Shown: positions 1 to 12,123 of the stretch, piece after piece
Layout: each line of letters begins with the position of its first letter
Position numbering within the stretch: the first letter of the stretch is position 1
Origin: Histomonas meleagridis 2922-C6/04-290x
Taxonomy: Eukaryota; Protista; Parabasalia
Reading direction: 5' to 3'
NCBI GenBank assembly: GCA_020184695.1
Contig: JAANOX010000256.1
Coordinates: 62,001-126,000, forward strand
DNA: 64,000 bases
Translations under genes and position numbers: made by a program
Notes under the pieces: model-generated
Told to the model about the DNA's origin: nothing
Database searches by the model: none
The model's input: the letters and a program-made list of their open reading frames with translations, nothing else

Positions 1-1149
1 TGTACTTCATGCGGTTCCATCATTCAGCAATCCGTCTTAATCAACGAAGTCGATTTCACAGAACTCAGCAACGGTACCACATCGCGTAATGGGCAATTTG
101 TTGCATCAGCGTCACAAAAGTCAAATTCGTTCATATCAACTCAAAGTTCAATAGAAGGCAAAGCGCGTATCCAATCCATTTGCGATCAGCTCCCACGTCT
201 TGCAAATCAGCCCGACGTCTGCGAGCTCGCAGAACGGATTTTTAAGAAGGCATTACATGAAAGATTTATTCGCGGCAGAACAATCGAAATCGTCGCCGCT
301 GCATGTGTATATGTCGCAATCCGCCAAAAGCGTTCCACCGGCTATTTATTAGTCGATGTTGCCGATCATGTTAATTGCGGAATATTCGAATTAGCGGCAA
401 CAGCTTTACGACTTTCGACATGCGTAAACGAGCTTATGCCAGTTATCGACCCAACTTTATACATCGATCGATTTGCCGATGAATTGAAATTCGGTCGACT
501 TTCAAGCGATATCAAAGAAACAGCAATCAAAGTAATCCGAAGATTAGACAGAGATTGGATCCAAACAGGGCGTAAACCTGCGGGCGTATGTGGTGCTGCG
601 ATAATGATCGCAGCACGAATCCATAAAGTCGATCTCACAAAGGAAACAATCTTAAAATGCGCGCGTGTGTGTAATGCAACTATCACCAAAAGGTTAAATG
701 AAATCTCGAGGACGAATTTGGCCAAATCTAGTATCAATGAGCTCCGAGAAAACCAAGATTTGCTTCAAGAAGAAACACACGAATTACCTCCTGCGATGTT
801 AATTAATAAGAAGTTGAATGAAATTAGTGAGAAATTAAAGGCGCCAAAGAAAGAAGAATTGTTGGATGGCAATTTTGATGATGAAGAATTGGATGATGTC
901 GATGATTTGATTTTGTCAACAGAAGAAGCAGAGAAAAGATCTGCTTTGTTTTATACTATGTATAAATCAAAGTTAAATCAGCCGCCTAAAGAACCAAAGC
1001 CGAGAAGAAATAAAAAGAAGGAACAATTGATCGATGAAGATAAATTCGATCAAAAGGAAAAATCATTCGAAATAGAAGAAGGTGAAGAAGTATATCATGA
1101 TGATGACGTTTTACAAAGTGATCCAGGCGAAATAGATGATTTTTATTAA
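1..1149 (+). CDS. BRF1: TFIIIB subunit BRF1 (TFIIB-related), 5'-partial
   Basis: Frame 1 is open from base 1: CTSCG zinc-ribbon end, GQFV motif, cyclin folds (IDPTLYIDRFA, WIQTGRKPAGVCGAA), acidic tail. Confidence 0.92.
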   Translation, partial: CTSCGSIIQQSVLINEVDFTELSNGTTSRNGQFVASASQKSNSFISTQSSIEGKARIQSICDQLPRLANQPDVCELAERIFKKALHERFIRGRTIEIVAAACVYVAIRQKRSTGYLLVDVADHVNCGIFELAATALRLSTCVNELMPVIDPTLYIDRFADELKFGRLSSDIKETAIKVIRRLDRDWIQTGRKPAGVCGAAIMIAARIHKVDLTKETILKCARVCNATITKRLNEISRTNLAKSSINELRENQDLLQEETHELPPAMLINKKLNEISEKLKAPKKEELLDGNFDDEELDDVDDLILSTEEAEKRSALFYTMYKSKLNQPPKEPKPRRNKKKEQLIDEDKFDQKEKSFEIEEGEEVYHDDDVLQSDPGEIDDFY

Positions 1150-1249
1150 TGACATTTTGTATAAAATTTTTATATTAATTAAGTTTGATGTGATGCATCA
1201 AAATGTTGTGTGGAATTGACTACTTTATTGTCTCACAAAAAATCAACTT

Positions 1250-1911
1250 TTGAATGAATTAAATGCACTTACAAAAACAAATACTTTTACTAAATTAAAA
1301 ACTTTTACTGAATATAATACGCTTACAAAAACAAATACTTTTGCTAAATCAAGCATAGTTTCTGTTTCTAATTCAAGGCATGCGCATACTTTTACAAAGC
1401 AAGTATTGTTTACCGAAACAAAAAATATTGAATCATTAACATTTGATAAATCACATTGGAACATTATATCTTTATCATTAACCTTTTCAATATCATTAGT
1501 TCAAACAACGTCATTTTGTTATTCTACATTTATAAGCACTATTTCACGTACAATTATGACTCAGAAGAGAAATATATTTTTACAGATTTTATTTATCATG
1601 AATATACAGTTATTGTATACTCATCACTTATGTTTTTATTCAAATTATTTCGTAAATATTTAGCTGATATATCTTCAAGTGAATCTTCACACAATAATAA
1701 AATAATAATTGTTGTAGCTGTTTGTGTTGTAATTGTTGTTGCTTTACTTTTTATTTTTTTAATCAGAATTCGAATTCACACGTGAAGAATAAATGAAGAA
1801 AATCAAAATGATGCACAAAACTCATTTGTATCTGTAATCACAAAATCAAATACTGAAGAAGATCCTTTTGCGGATGATTTTAAAGAAGAAAAATTTATTA
1901 ATCAAATATAA
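1250..1911 (+). pseudogene. BspA-like surface protein C-terminal remnant (S/T-rich stalk, TM, acidic tail)
   Basis: TNTF repeats, TM IIIVVAVCVVIVVALLFIFLI and tail EEDPFADDFKEEKFINQI*, matching the tail of the 61832 gene; split across frames. Confidence 0.8.
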
Positions 1912-2214
1912 ATAAAAAATATACATAGTCCATTTATTAATTTTTAATTAAATTCTAAAATTATTTTATTAAAATAGAGAAATAACCATAAGAAAGCATA
2001 TGCACTATATGTTATACTGTATAAATCAAATACACAAGTAACTTACTGTATCGAATTTGATAAAAATCAAAAACTGATGATCAAAAATCAGGGTTTCAGT
2101 TCAATTTGATCGGAGAACATGTTCTAAGAATTCAAACGTTTCTATGATATCATAGAAAAAAGACAAACCGGTTTCAAAAATCACAACCTCCTCAAGAAAA
2201 GTATTTGGGGGAAA

Positions 2215-3860
2215 ATGCAGAAGCTTATGCAACTTAAGCAAATCGTTTTTGACTTAAACGAGGAAAATCTTTATTTGTCAGTTCAACAAATATTAAATTT
2301 ATTTGATAAAAATTTACCAATACATACACTTATAATGTCGTGATAAGCAATTTAACTTATTTGGCATTTTACTCACAAAATAAAACATCTGATATATATC
2401 TCAATTTTTTAAATTTAATTCAAGATAAAGAAGAAGAAATAGATGAAAAATACCCAAAAATTATAAAAATTTTTGCAAGACAAATATCAATAATTAAATC
2501 ACAGGAAGCATATTATCTTCTTGAAAAAATGATTGAACAAAATTTAGTTGATTCAAATATAATAGCAAATATCAGCGCGAAATATTTTGCACATTATAAA
2601 AATGAAGGCCAATGAATTTATTATGATGATCCAGTCCCGAGATCATGTTTAAGTAATATTGAATTTACGGACACATTTTCTAAATACTTTTATAAAAATT
2701 ATAAAGAACTTTCAAAGAATGATTGGGAACTTCATAAGCAATTAATTAAGGAAGGAGTTAATCCAAGTGAAATTGCGAAAATAATTCGAAATGACGAAAT
2801 AGAAAAACTTCAAGAAATAGCATCACAAAATAAATTTAATTTTAACCAAAAAATTGAACCATCACTTTATGAAAGATGTTCATTGGTTAATGATAACAAA
2901 GTTACATTAATTGATTATGCAGCATTTTTTTCTTCAGTTAAATGTTTTAAATATTTACTTATGAACGGAGCAAGTGTAGAAAATACAGGTAAATATGCAA
3001 TTGCAGGTGGAAATGAAGAAATTATTCATTTATGTGAACAAAATCATTCATCATTTGAAGGTGCAGATAAAGCAGCAATTATGTTTCATCGAAATGATAT
3101 CTTTAAATATCTGTATGAAAATAAAATACTTAAATTTAAAAATTTAAATTATTTAGGACTTATATGTATTTTTTATAATAATTATGAAATTTTATTGTTC
3201 TTGATTGGAAATTAAAAATGAACATATTGATGCAGCCGCAGAAAATGGGAATTTATATCTTGTTGAATATTTTCTCCAAAATAGCCAAATTCCATGTGAT
3301 ATTTTGTCTTATTCTGCAAAATCTGGCAATATCGAACTTGTTGAATATATAATTAAACAAAATGGAATTGATATCAATGCTGAAGATATTTATTTGTTTT
3401 ATTTTGGGTTTATTTGATCAACATAAATTTTCAATGTTATATTTTTTAATTGTTTATTTCTTTTAAAACAGCATTTATAAATGCATCTGAAAATGGTTAC
3501 AAAGAAATAGTAGAATTCCTTCTTGACCAAAAAGGAATTAATATTAATGCTGTAGATATTTGTTTTATTTACATTATGTATTTTTACATCAATATAAAAT
3601 TTTAAAACAATATTTTCAAATTATTTGGAATATTTGATTCTTCACTTATGTTTTCATCTTTTAATGAACATACTGAAATTGTTAAATTACTTCTAGAACA
3701 AAAAGGTATTTATTTCAATAATTGTAATATTTGTTTATTTTATTAAGATTTAATTTTTATAATTTTTTATTTCAAAATAATATTTGGAAACTATTTAAAT
3801 TATATGTTACAGCACTTATGAATGCATCTAAAAATGGACAAACAGAAATAGTTAAATTAA
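2215..3860 (+). pseudogene. DUF3447/ankyrin gene, locus 1, disrupted; ankyrin repeats separated by 83/84/83-nt spacers
   Basis: NPSEIAKIIRNDEIEKLQE, LIDYAAFFSSVKCFKYLLMNGA, GIDINA motifs; several stops and frameshifts. Confidence 0.85.
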
Positions 3861-5229
3861 CTATTCAAAACTGGGGTAATAAATAAAATAGCACATGTGT
3901 CTCCTTTTTCAAAAGCTTTATTTAATGTTGTTGAAGGTTAAATATACATGGGATAAAAATCATCCATGGCGTCGTGCCCATCGTTTCTAAACCAATTTGG
4001 CAAAATACATTGAGTAAGATTTCGTAATGAATCTACAGTTACACAGGAAACGCCATCAAGATCTATTCTTTTTGGGAGCTATTTTCGAAATTTAACCATT
4101 CGTTTTTATTCACAAAAATCCAGGTTTTTGTGATTAATCTGGAACGGAACCTTTTCAAAATGTGTGGACAATCGTTCGTAAATAATTTTTTGCTGATTGG
4201 TATTTCAAATATATTTCCTTAATGATTCACAATATGTTTTGACCATTCATCAAAAAAAGTAGCAAAATTACTTCTTGATCAAGAAGCAATTGAAATTAAC
4301 GTTTAAAATATTTAAATCTTTTATTTACAATTTGTTTATTAAAATTCGGATTTCATCTTCGTTTTTGAGTTTTTACCTCTGACACATGTATGTTTTTTAC
4401 AATCATTATGTAATTTTGAAGGTTTTCCTGTGTGTAAGTTGCCCCAAGATGTTTTGGGCTGAACTTTACTTTGAAATATTCCAAAATATATGATTAAACA
4501 AGCGTGCATGATCCTTAAGTATTTTTGATATAATTATATGAAAATTTGTAATTTGTTTGGACAAAAAAATGGAAATCATTTTTTTTTAATGAATTTCATA
4601 CAGATTTCATTCTTTGATGACGTGTTTCAATATTTCTCATTAATATTTATGGTGTTAACGCGAAAAATGAATAAATCAAATCGAAATTCTATTAAATTTT
4701 AAGAAAAATCAATAATTCGTCCAAAAAAAATATTCTTTAATGAAAAATTATTTAAGAGGTTTCGCAAAAAAAAAATTTCAACAAACATTAATGAGATATT
4801 TTTCAATACTAATTAGCCCATCAACACATTTTTTCAAAAATCATGAAATCGTCAATTTTTAAAAAAATCCATTTATTATTCTATATTCTATTAATGATAA
4901 CGATACAATATTTAGTATATAAGTACTGTTTATTTTCGAAAAATAAAAAATACATATTTCAAAATTCATGTTTTAATTTTTCTAACCGTAAAAGTGAACT
5001 GCTTGCACGACTCAAAACATTAAATTCATCTTTTAACCACATTTTTCTCGTCGTTGGATTTCAAAACTATGAACGCGGTTGCACTGAAATTTCTGTGTAA
5101 TGAACAGAAAATCATCTTCCCAAACAACTTAAAGCGGTCTTTTTGAAGATTTCAATATAGAATTGTATGTAAACATCAGAATTAATTAATATAACCGTCC
5201 AGAAATATTTTTAGTCATCTATTTCCAAA

Positions 5230-7620
5230 ATGAGTGACTCTTCAGATATGGGAAACAATAAATTAGAATCCAAAAAATTACTTTTTATTGTTTTAGGTAT
5301 CGTTGTTGTATTAATAATTATTGTGGTTGTAATTGTTGTTGTTGTAACATCAGGTGATGGACCAAGTGAAAGACTTTATCGATATACAGAAAAAAAAGTT
5401 GTAGGGAATGGTGGTGGAGGTGTTCTACGTTATGGTGTTATATCACCACATGATTCTAATCAAATGGCAGTTACCAGTGATATGGGCGGATTTTATTATT
5501 CACATAATGGAGGAGAAAGCTGGAATTTCCATGGTATTATTGGCACCACCGGACGAATTTCTTATCATCCTAAACTTCCAGGAGTACTTTATGCGACATC
5601 ATCTGGCATTTTTAAATCATATAACAATGGCGACACACTTGAAATGATATATCCACCACAAGAATGCATAGAAAAACATAATGCCAAATACGAATATAAT
5701 GTATATCTTATGTATATGAATGAATCATGTGATAATACATATAATACAGGTTCGTTCTGTAAAGCAATCGCCATTGATTCCAACAATGAAAAGCATATTT
5801 TAACTCTTTGGAAGAATGGTGACATGGTTTGGGTCAAAGAAACATATGATGAATTCAAGACAATTGTTAATCTCAAAGAAATGCAAATATCAATTGACAC
5901 CTTCAAAGCATTTTATTCGAGTATTACCAACAAATTTTATTTTGTTTTAGATAATGCGATTTATGATGCAACAAAACCAGAAAATCCAATACTTGAACTT
6001 GATACATTAGTTGATGTTAATCAACTTGAAGATCAAACATTTATTATAATTACATCGGAATATTACAATACATTAATTACAGGCAAATTATATTCAACAA
6101 CTGATTTTAATGAGTTAACACCAATTGATAATAATATTTTAAATCAATTAGATTTAACATATAATGAAAAACAAACAAATATCAATTTGAAGTTCTCAGC
6201 AGGGAAATCACTAAATGAATTCGTCATTGCAACTGATGGGAAATATGATGGTTATGATGTAGTTACAATGATAAAAGTTAATTCCGTCGATAAAACAGCA
6301 AAACTTTTACTTCATAGTTTTAATGCTTCTAATCAAGTAACACCATATGGTTGGGTCGAAAGATCCGGTTGTATACTTACTCCATATTCACTTGAATATA
6401 ATTCTAATGAATATCTTTTAGGCGCATTAATGGGACTTTATAAGGTAACAGAAGATGACAAAGTATTAAATCTTCACTCGAGAAGTATAAGTGATACAAT
6501 TGATCAAACGACTGGACTGAATGAAGTAACAACATATTTCGTTCGAACAGATCCATTCGATTCCAATCATTTGTTCATGCCAGTGACTGACTTTAATTTA
6601 ATCGAAAGTTTCGATGGAGGAGAAACATGGAGTAAATCAGATAGTGGAATTCCGAGGGAATACAAGAACACTGTCTATGACTTATTATTCCATCCAACAC
6701 AAAAAGATGTGATATATATTGTTGCGCAAACATTACATGATTTACCTTATACATTTAATAGTTATGACTTAGAAAACTCTAAAGGCGGATTTGGTGTATC
6801 TAAAGATGGTGGTAAAACTTTTGACTTTAATAACAATTTACCACAAAACGTTGTTCCATTACGAATAGCAATTGATTTTACTAATGAAAATGAACCAACA
6901 ATTTACTTGGCGACATTTAAAGACGGATTTTATCGATCTAAAGATGGAGGGAAAACATTTGAAAATATTAATAATGGAATAATTAGAGATGATGGAAATT
7001 ATGTTCCAGCTACAGATATATTAGTTAAAGACTCACGAGTATTCGGATTAGCTGGTGTGTTTATAGAGGGTAATGAATTACATACGAAAGCGAGAATTTA
7101 TGAACTTATCAATGACCAATGGAAACAAATCGAAACGCCGAACTTCAAAAGTATTCGTTCTATTGCATATGATGAAACCACTAAAAGATTATACGCAGGT
7201 GTTATGGGCGAATATAATAATTGGCCAGAAAGAGAACACATAAATTGCGGAATTTTCTATTACAATGAGAATAATAAAACGTGGTTACAAGTAGAATCAG
7301 ATGGAAAACAATTACCAGTGTTCGGCGTTACTATCGAAAAAGGTAAAATAATGGGGACAATGATACCCGGCACTGTGTTCCAAGTGAAAAATGGAAAAAT
7401 AGAAATTTTGATGGAGAATTTGTTCCATGGTTTGAAACACGTTTCATTCACACCAAATGATAACGTCGTTTACGTGTCATCTTTCGGTGGTGGAACTGCA
7501 CGAGTTACTATGAAGGAAGGAAACGAAGGAGAACTCGGAGGGATGGACACAACGCATCAAGGAAGCCGCTTTTATTATACAGGAAATGATCGATACCTAA
7601 TCGATCATCTTATAGGGTAA
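5230..7620 (+). CDS. Type II membrane Asp-box/BNR beta-propeller protein (GH74 xyloglucanase-like or sialidase-like)
   Basis: N-terminal TM helix; GGGG..SPHD..SDMGGFYYSHNGGESW start; Asp-boxes SFDGGETW, SKDGGKTF (twice). Confidence 0.75.
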   Translation: MSDSSDMGNNKLESKKLLFIVLGIVVVLIIIVVVIVVVVTSGDGPSERLYRYTEKKVVGNGGGGVLRYGVISPHDSNQMAVTSDMGGFYYSHNGGESWNFHGIIGTTGRISYHPKLPGVLYATSSGIFKSYNNGDTLEMIYPPQECIEKHNAKYEYNVYLMYMNESCDNTYNTGSFCKAIAIDSNNEKHILTLWKNGDMVWVKETYDEFKTIVNLKEMQISIDTFKAFYSSITNKFYFVLDNAIYDATKPENPILELDTLVDVNQLEDQTFIIITSEYYNTLITGKLYSTTDFNELTPIDNNILNQLDLTYNEKQTNINLKFSAGKSLNEFVIATDGKYDGYDVVTMIKVNSVDKTAKLLLHSFNASNQVTPYGWVERSGCILTPYSLEYNSNEYLLGALMGLYKVTEDDKVLNLHSRSISDTIDQTTGLNEVTTYFVRTDPFDSNHLFMPVTDFNLIESFDGGETWSKSDSGIPREYKNTVYDLLFHPTQKDVIYIVAQTLHDLPYTFNSYDLENSKGGFGVSKDGGKTFDFNNNLPQNVVPLRIAIDFTNENEPTIYLATFKDGFYRSKDGGKTFENINNGIIRDDGNYVPATDILVKDSRVFGLAGVFIEGNELHTKARIYELINDQWKQIETPNFKSIRSIAYDETTKRLYAGVMGEYNNWPEREHINCGIFYYNENNKTWLQVESDGKQLPVFGVTIEKGKIMGTMIPGTVFQVKNGKIEILMENLFHGLKHVSFTPNDNVVYVSSFGGGTARVTMKEGNEGELGGMDTTHQGSRFYYTGNDRYLIDHLIG

Positions 7621-8054
7621 GAAGCAGAAAGTAAAATATATGTAAAAAATATCAATTTTCTTTATGTTTTATATGAAGAAATTATCATTAAGCGAACAAA
7701 GGTTTCATCCAACGATTTTTCAATCATTAGATCTATTGGTCGAAATTAATACGTAAAAAACGACTTGTGTTATTAATTATCCATCGTTGATCGATGGTAC
7801 ATTATTATATATGTTATAATACATAATTATATATTTCATTAAATACATTTTAGTGCATCATTATAATAAATTATAGAAAATTTTTATGGCATAATATGGT
7901 GTATTATTATAATGTGTTAAAGTAGATAATTATCAAGGAATGCAGTGGGTTAAATACGAAAGCCGTTCTGGACATTTGACAGTCATTTTTTGTTATTGAA
8001 TACTTTATTTAGGATCATCGGTGAAAAGTGTAAACTTTATTAAAAAGTGTCACA

Positions 8055-8645
8055 ATGAATTTGTCTCAAGGCGATGAATTAATTCATTTAAAGGCTAGAA
8101 TATCACAAATATTATCTAGAATTGTGGACTTAGCAAGCACTGACACGAACCTTACGTTGACAGTTAAAGCTAACTTAGAAAGAGCAATTGATAAGCTTTC
8201 TAGAAACAATTTCGAAAATGGACAATTTATTGCTTTTCCCACACAACCACAGTTTATGATTCCTGAACAACAGGTGATAGTTAACAATATTCAAAAACCA
8301 CAAAATTATGGCGTTAATCAAGCAATTTATGATTTAGCAAGGCAACCAATGTCTGCAGAAAAAGAGAGAGTTCGGTTGAAACTCATTGGGTTTGATCAAA
8401 ATACATCTGAAGCATGGAATTACATATCGAAAAATTTTGGCCAAGATGTTAAGCAACATTGTCTCTGCGAAATGGCAAAGTACTTATCTTTGAAGCGTAG
8501 TATCCCACTTGACAGAGATTCTAAAAGAAGAAAATCAGTATTAATTAAATGGTTCCATGATAATTGGCCACTGATTGCTCAAGACATGCAAAAGTTCCGA
8601 ATTCAAAACGACGAATTAATTATTGAGGATACGGATGACCAGTAA
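8055..8645 (+). CDS. Hypothetical protein with C-terminal KRRKSVLIKWFHDNW motif
   Basis: 196-aa ORF with ATG start and coding-like composition; function not recognised. Confidence 0.7.
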   Translation: MNLSQGDELIHLKARISQILSRIVDLASTDTNLTLTVKANLERAIDKLSRNNFENGQFIAFPTQPQFMIPEQQVIVNNIQKPQNYGVNQAIYDLARQPMSAEKERVRLKLIGFDQNTSEAWNYISKNFGQDVKQHCLCEMAKYLSLKRSIPLDRDSKRRKSVLIKWFHDNWPLIAQDMQKFRIQNDELIIEDTDDQ

Positions 8646-9092
8646 TATTCTTTTGTCCTCATTGAGAAACAAAATTTATTTTCAAAGCAACACACATTTC
8701 CACCAAAAATACATATTTTGGAGTTCAATTTCGATGTTGTTATTTGATTTGAAGAAAAAATGACTAATTTCTTATCAATAGCTATTTTGTATTTTAATAA
8801 ACAAATCAATATAAGGGAATTTTGTAACTTTTTGCTTGAATTTTATTCGTATGATCTTTTTTTAATGTTATTTTTTTAAGTTAATCCTGTTTATTAATAA
8901 TGATTACAATCTGCAGATTGTGCTGTATATAACAAATTTTATAATTTTTTTTTCAATTGAACGATTAACTGCTTTAAAAAATATAGTCAAGGTAGTTCAT
9001 CCTAAAATACTTACACCAGAGAAATGATACAATAAAATTTTGTTTAGCAATATGTCACTTTTGTGATATGTACGTTTAAAATTTGAGATTTC

Positions 9093-9530
9093 ATGATCAA
9101 TGCTTTGCTTTTAACTATTATAATTATTTTATTGATTCTAATAATACTTGTAAACAAAGAAAATTCAGTAGCAATGAAGCTTTTTGTTCTCAGCAAAAAT
9201 TCAGATAATGATATTTTCAAAAATAACAGTTTACAGAACATAGAAGCAACAAAAGGACATGAACCATCAAGGTATTTTAAATATTCAACTTTACAACATA
9301 GAAAAATAAGAAGTTTGAAAGATTTAAGTAGTTCATCAAGCACACCTACTCCAAATAACAGATCACCTACTGAAGAAAAAAAGAGCTGGTTTATAGATCC
9401 ATCATTACTTAGAAACATATTTTCATCAAAACAAAAATATAAAATGAATGCTCAACCTCTTAATCAAGAGAAACCCAAGAAGTTTTCATATAAAATTCAA
9501 AATGCATATAAAAATCGTACAAATTATTAG
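9093..9530 (+). CDS. Hypothetical protein with N-terminal hydrophobic anchor
   Basis: 145-aa ORF; hydrophobic N-terminus, basic/Ser-rich remainder. Confidence 0.5.
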   Translation: MINALLLTIIIILLILIILVNKENSVAMKLFVLSKNSDNDIFKNNSLQNIEATKGHEPSRYFKYSTLQHRKIRSLKDLSSSSSTPTPNNRSPTEEKKSWFIDPSLLRNIFSSKQKYKMNAQPLNQEKPKKFSYKIQNAYKNRTNY

Positions 9531-9808
9531 TAGTCAAACAATAATTAATGTCTTAATAAAAATACTGTTTTTTCTTATTTGCAATTTTTATAAAAATTAT
9601 TTTCTGCTTGAGAAATTATAAAATCAAAGCATTCCATATATTCATTCAATGAACTTTTAATGTTTCCAAAGTTTAAATAACGAGTCAAATGTGAAAAATT
9701 GTTATTTTCTTTCCAAGAAGAGATTTACGATACAGAAATTTCAGAGTAAAGAATTGAATTTTCTATCGTTATCATTTTCAAAAATTTACAAATTCAATTA
9801 TCTGTTGT

Positions 9809-10684
9809 TTACTCAGAAGCAAACCTATCAAAAGTGACTTTCATTCTCTTGAAGTACCTTTTTCCGTTTTCGTCGATCAATTGGACACGAAGATAGTGTT
9901 CAACTTTGAGTGGTGAGTCTCTGTATCCTTTGAATGACCAAATGTGACTATTTCCCAAAAACAAACGAATTGGGATGTTATCACCTCTCACTGGCGAACC
10001 ATCCATAATTTCGTATGTGTTGAGAACTGTTCTCTTTTTGATGTAAGTATTTGAATCTTCGAAAATTTCATTACAATAAACAGATATAGACATATAAACA
10101 ATCCTTAATTTCACAAGAATAAAGAATGCAGCACCTGAAATAGAATCGTTGATGTCATATTGTGTTTGAGGAAAGACAAATTCTATATGTAATACATTAC
10201 GAATACCAACTTCATTATGAATTGAAACGGGTTCTGGTCTTGGAGCAAAGATCATAACAGCAAATGGCTTTTGAACAACAAAGTCAGAAATACGATGAAC
10301 AATAATAACTTCAATTCCATAAACAGCAGAAACTCCAACGCCATAGTATGAACCAGTTGGATATGATAAATGATCGAACTTAAAATCTGTGTTGATCTCT
10401 TGTGAAAGCGTTCCCTCAGGAGTTAAAAATTGACTTCTTTCATAAAACCTTGAAAGCCTTTCACCTTTCTCATTTCTGTATTCTCCGAATAGTCTAAGAT
10501 TTATTCCTTTATGCTGAACAGATTTTCCTGGTGGAGTAATAGTAAGTTTTCCTGTGACTGTTTCATTTTGACCATAAATAGGAATATCTTCCGTGAGGAG
10601 GTGACCGTATTTTTCTTTGAGTTCAGCATTTCCATTGATGGTTATTGTAACAGTGGGATCCTTTCGGAACAAGCCAGAAAGCAT
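9809..10684 (-). CDS. VPS26: Retromer subunit VPS26
   Basis: HNEVGIRNVLHIEF, YEIMDGSPVRGDNIPIRLFL, YLRVQLIDENGKRYFK motifs. Confidence 0.93.
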   Translation of the reverse strand: MLSGLFRKDPTVTITINGNAELKEKYGHLLTEDIPIYGQNETVTGKLTITPPGKSVQHKGINLRLFGEYRNEKGERLSRFYERSQFLTPEGTLSQEINTDFKFDHLSYPTGSYYGVGVSAVYGIEVIIVHRISDFVVQKPFAVMIFAPRPEPVSIHNEVGIRNVLHIEFVFPQTQYDINDSISGAAFFILVKLRIVYMSISVYCNEIFEDSNTYIKKRTVLNTYEIMDGSPVRGDNIPIRLFLGNSHIWSFKGYRDSPLKVEHYLRVQLIDENGKRYFKRMKVTFDRFASE

Positions 10685-10964
10685 TCAAATGTTTGCATCG
10701 GTTATTTGCGGTTAATTGTCAATTCGAAAAAATCGGAACATTTTCATCAAAATCACAACTCTCAGTCAGTAAAACGCAATTCTTTACATTTTATTGTGAT
10801 CAAAATAGGATTTTGCATAACGTGTTCTCTTTTATTTAATAAAAAATTATGTTGACATTGATCATTTTTAATATTTTTGTGCTTCTATCTTCAAAAAACA
10901 TTAGAAATATCAGAGTTAAAGGGCGTAAAATGCCTGAACAGTATGAATTTTTTCCAAATTTCCT

Positions 10965-11678
10965 ATGCTCGAAAAGATGAAGAGAAGTGTCAAAAACATC
11001 AAAACCGTTTCAATTCAACCGAACAAAGATTGTCAAAACAATCAGATGTCTGATTCAGAGATCTACGAAACAAATGAAATTGAATTTCCTTGGGAAGGGC
11101 GCATTCTAGTCGTCTCAAACTTGTCGTATGATGTCCGTCCTTCAGACCTTCGAGATCACTTTGCAAAGCTTGGTAAAATTTATCGAGTTGATATAGAACG
11201 TAACAAGCATGGCGAATCAAATGGCCTTGGATTTATTGAATTTGCTTCTCCATCTGACTGCAATACAGCAGCAGAACAAGATGGATTAGAATTTCAAGGA
11301 CGTAAACTAAAATGCAAAGTTGCCCTCAAGCCTCCAGCAGAACTCGTAAGATTTTACATCAGGGACATCAATAAGAGACAAGTTTCTGAAAGAATTCGTC
11401 AAAGGATCATTGATGAAAGTCAAAACGGTCAACCTGAGCCTACTCCAATTCCAAAGCGAATCAGGAAAACTTTGCCATATAAGAGAAGATATGATAAACC
11501 CCCAAGTAGCAAGCATCATTCCAAAGATTACTCATCTGATTATTACTCAAGTCCAAGCTACTCTTACTCATCAGGATATAGCGGCTCGGATTACTCCGAT
11601 TATAACTCTTATTCTGGCTCTTATTCATATTCTAGTGGAAGTTCATATTCCGGAAGCTCATACTCCCAAAGTGATTAA
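10965..11678 (+). CDS. RRM RNA-binding protein with Ser/Tyr-rich low-complexity tail
   Basis: RNP2 ILVVSNL, RNP1 GLGFIEF; SY-rich C-terminus. Confidence 0.85.
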   Translation: MLEKMKRSVKNIKTVSIQPNKDCQNNQMSDSEIYETNEIEFPWEGRILVVSNLSYDVRPSDLRDHFAKLGKIYRVDIERNKHGESNGLGFIEFASPSDCNTAAEQDGLEFQGRKLKCKVALKPPAELVRFYIRDINKRQVSERIRQRIIDESQNGQPEPTPIPKRIRKTLPYKRRYDKPPSSKHHSKDYSSDYYSSPSYSYSSGYSGSDYSDYNSYSGSYSYSSGSSYSGSSYSQSD

Positions 11679-12123
11679 ACTATTTCATAAATAATTGCGC
11701 AGCCCCTTTTTAGTCCAAATTATTATCAACAAATTTTTAACGAAAATGCTTGATTTTTATTCAAAAAATCAATAAATTATAATCATAAACTTTTTAGTAT
11801 TTGTTATATTTTCATCACTCAATATTAAGAACTTCTGTTTGTACAATTTGATCTTGATAATGAAGCGAAAAACACATTTTTTTCATATTTCAAAGAGGAT
11901 AATAAAGTATTCAAAAAAACAAAAAGTACCTTAAAAAAATCAATTTGATCTTCACACATCGTGTGACAATTGTTCTATTACCACATATTTGCATGATATT
12001 TTTGTACATAATAAAAATGTGATGTTTTTATAATTTTTAAGAAGTTTGGAGGCAATATTTTTTGTTTGACCAAAACTATTGTGAAATCCAAAGGTTTGTT
12101 CGAATCTATCGTCTAACAAACAA

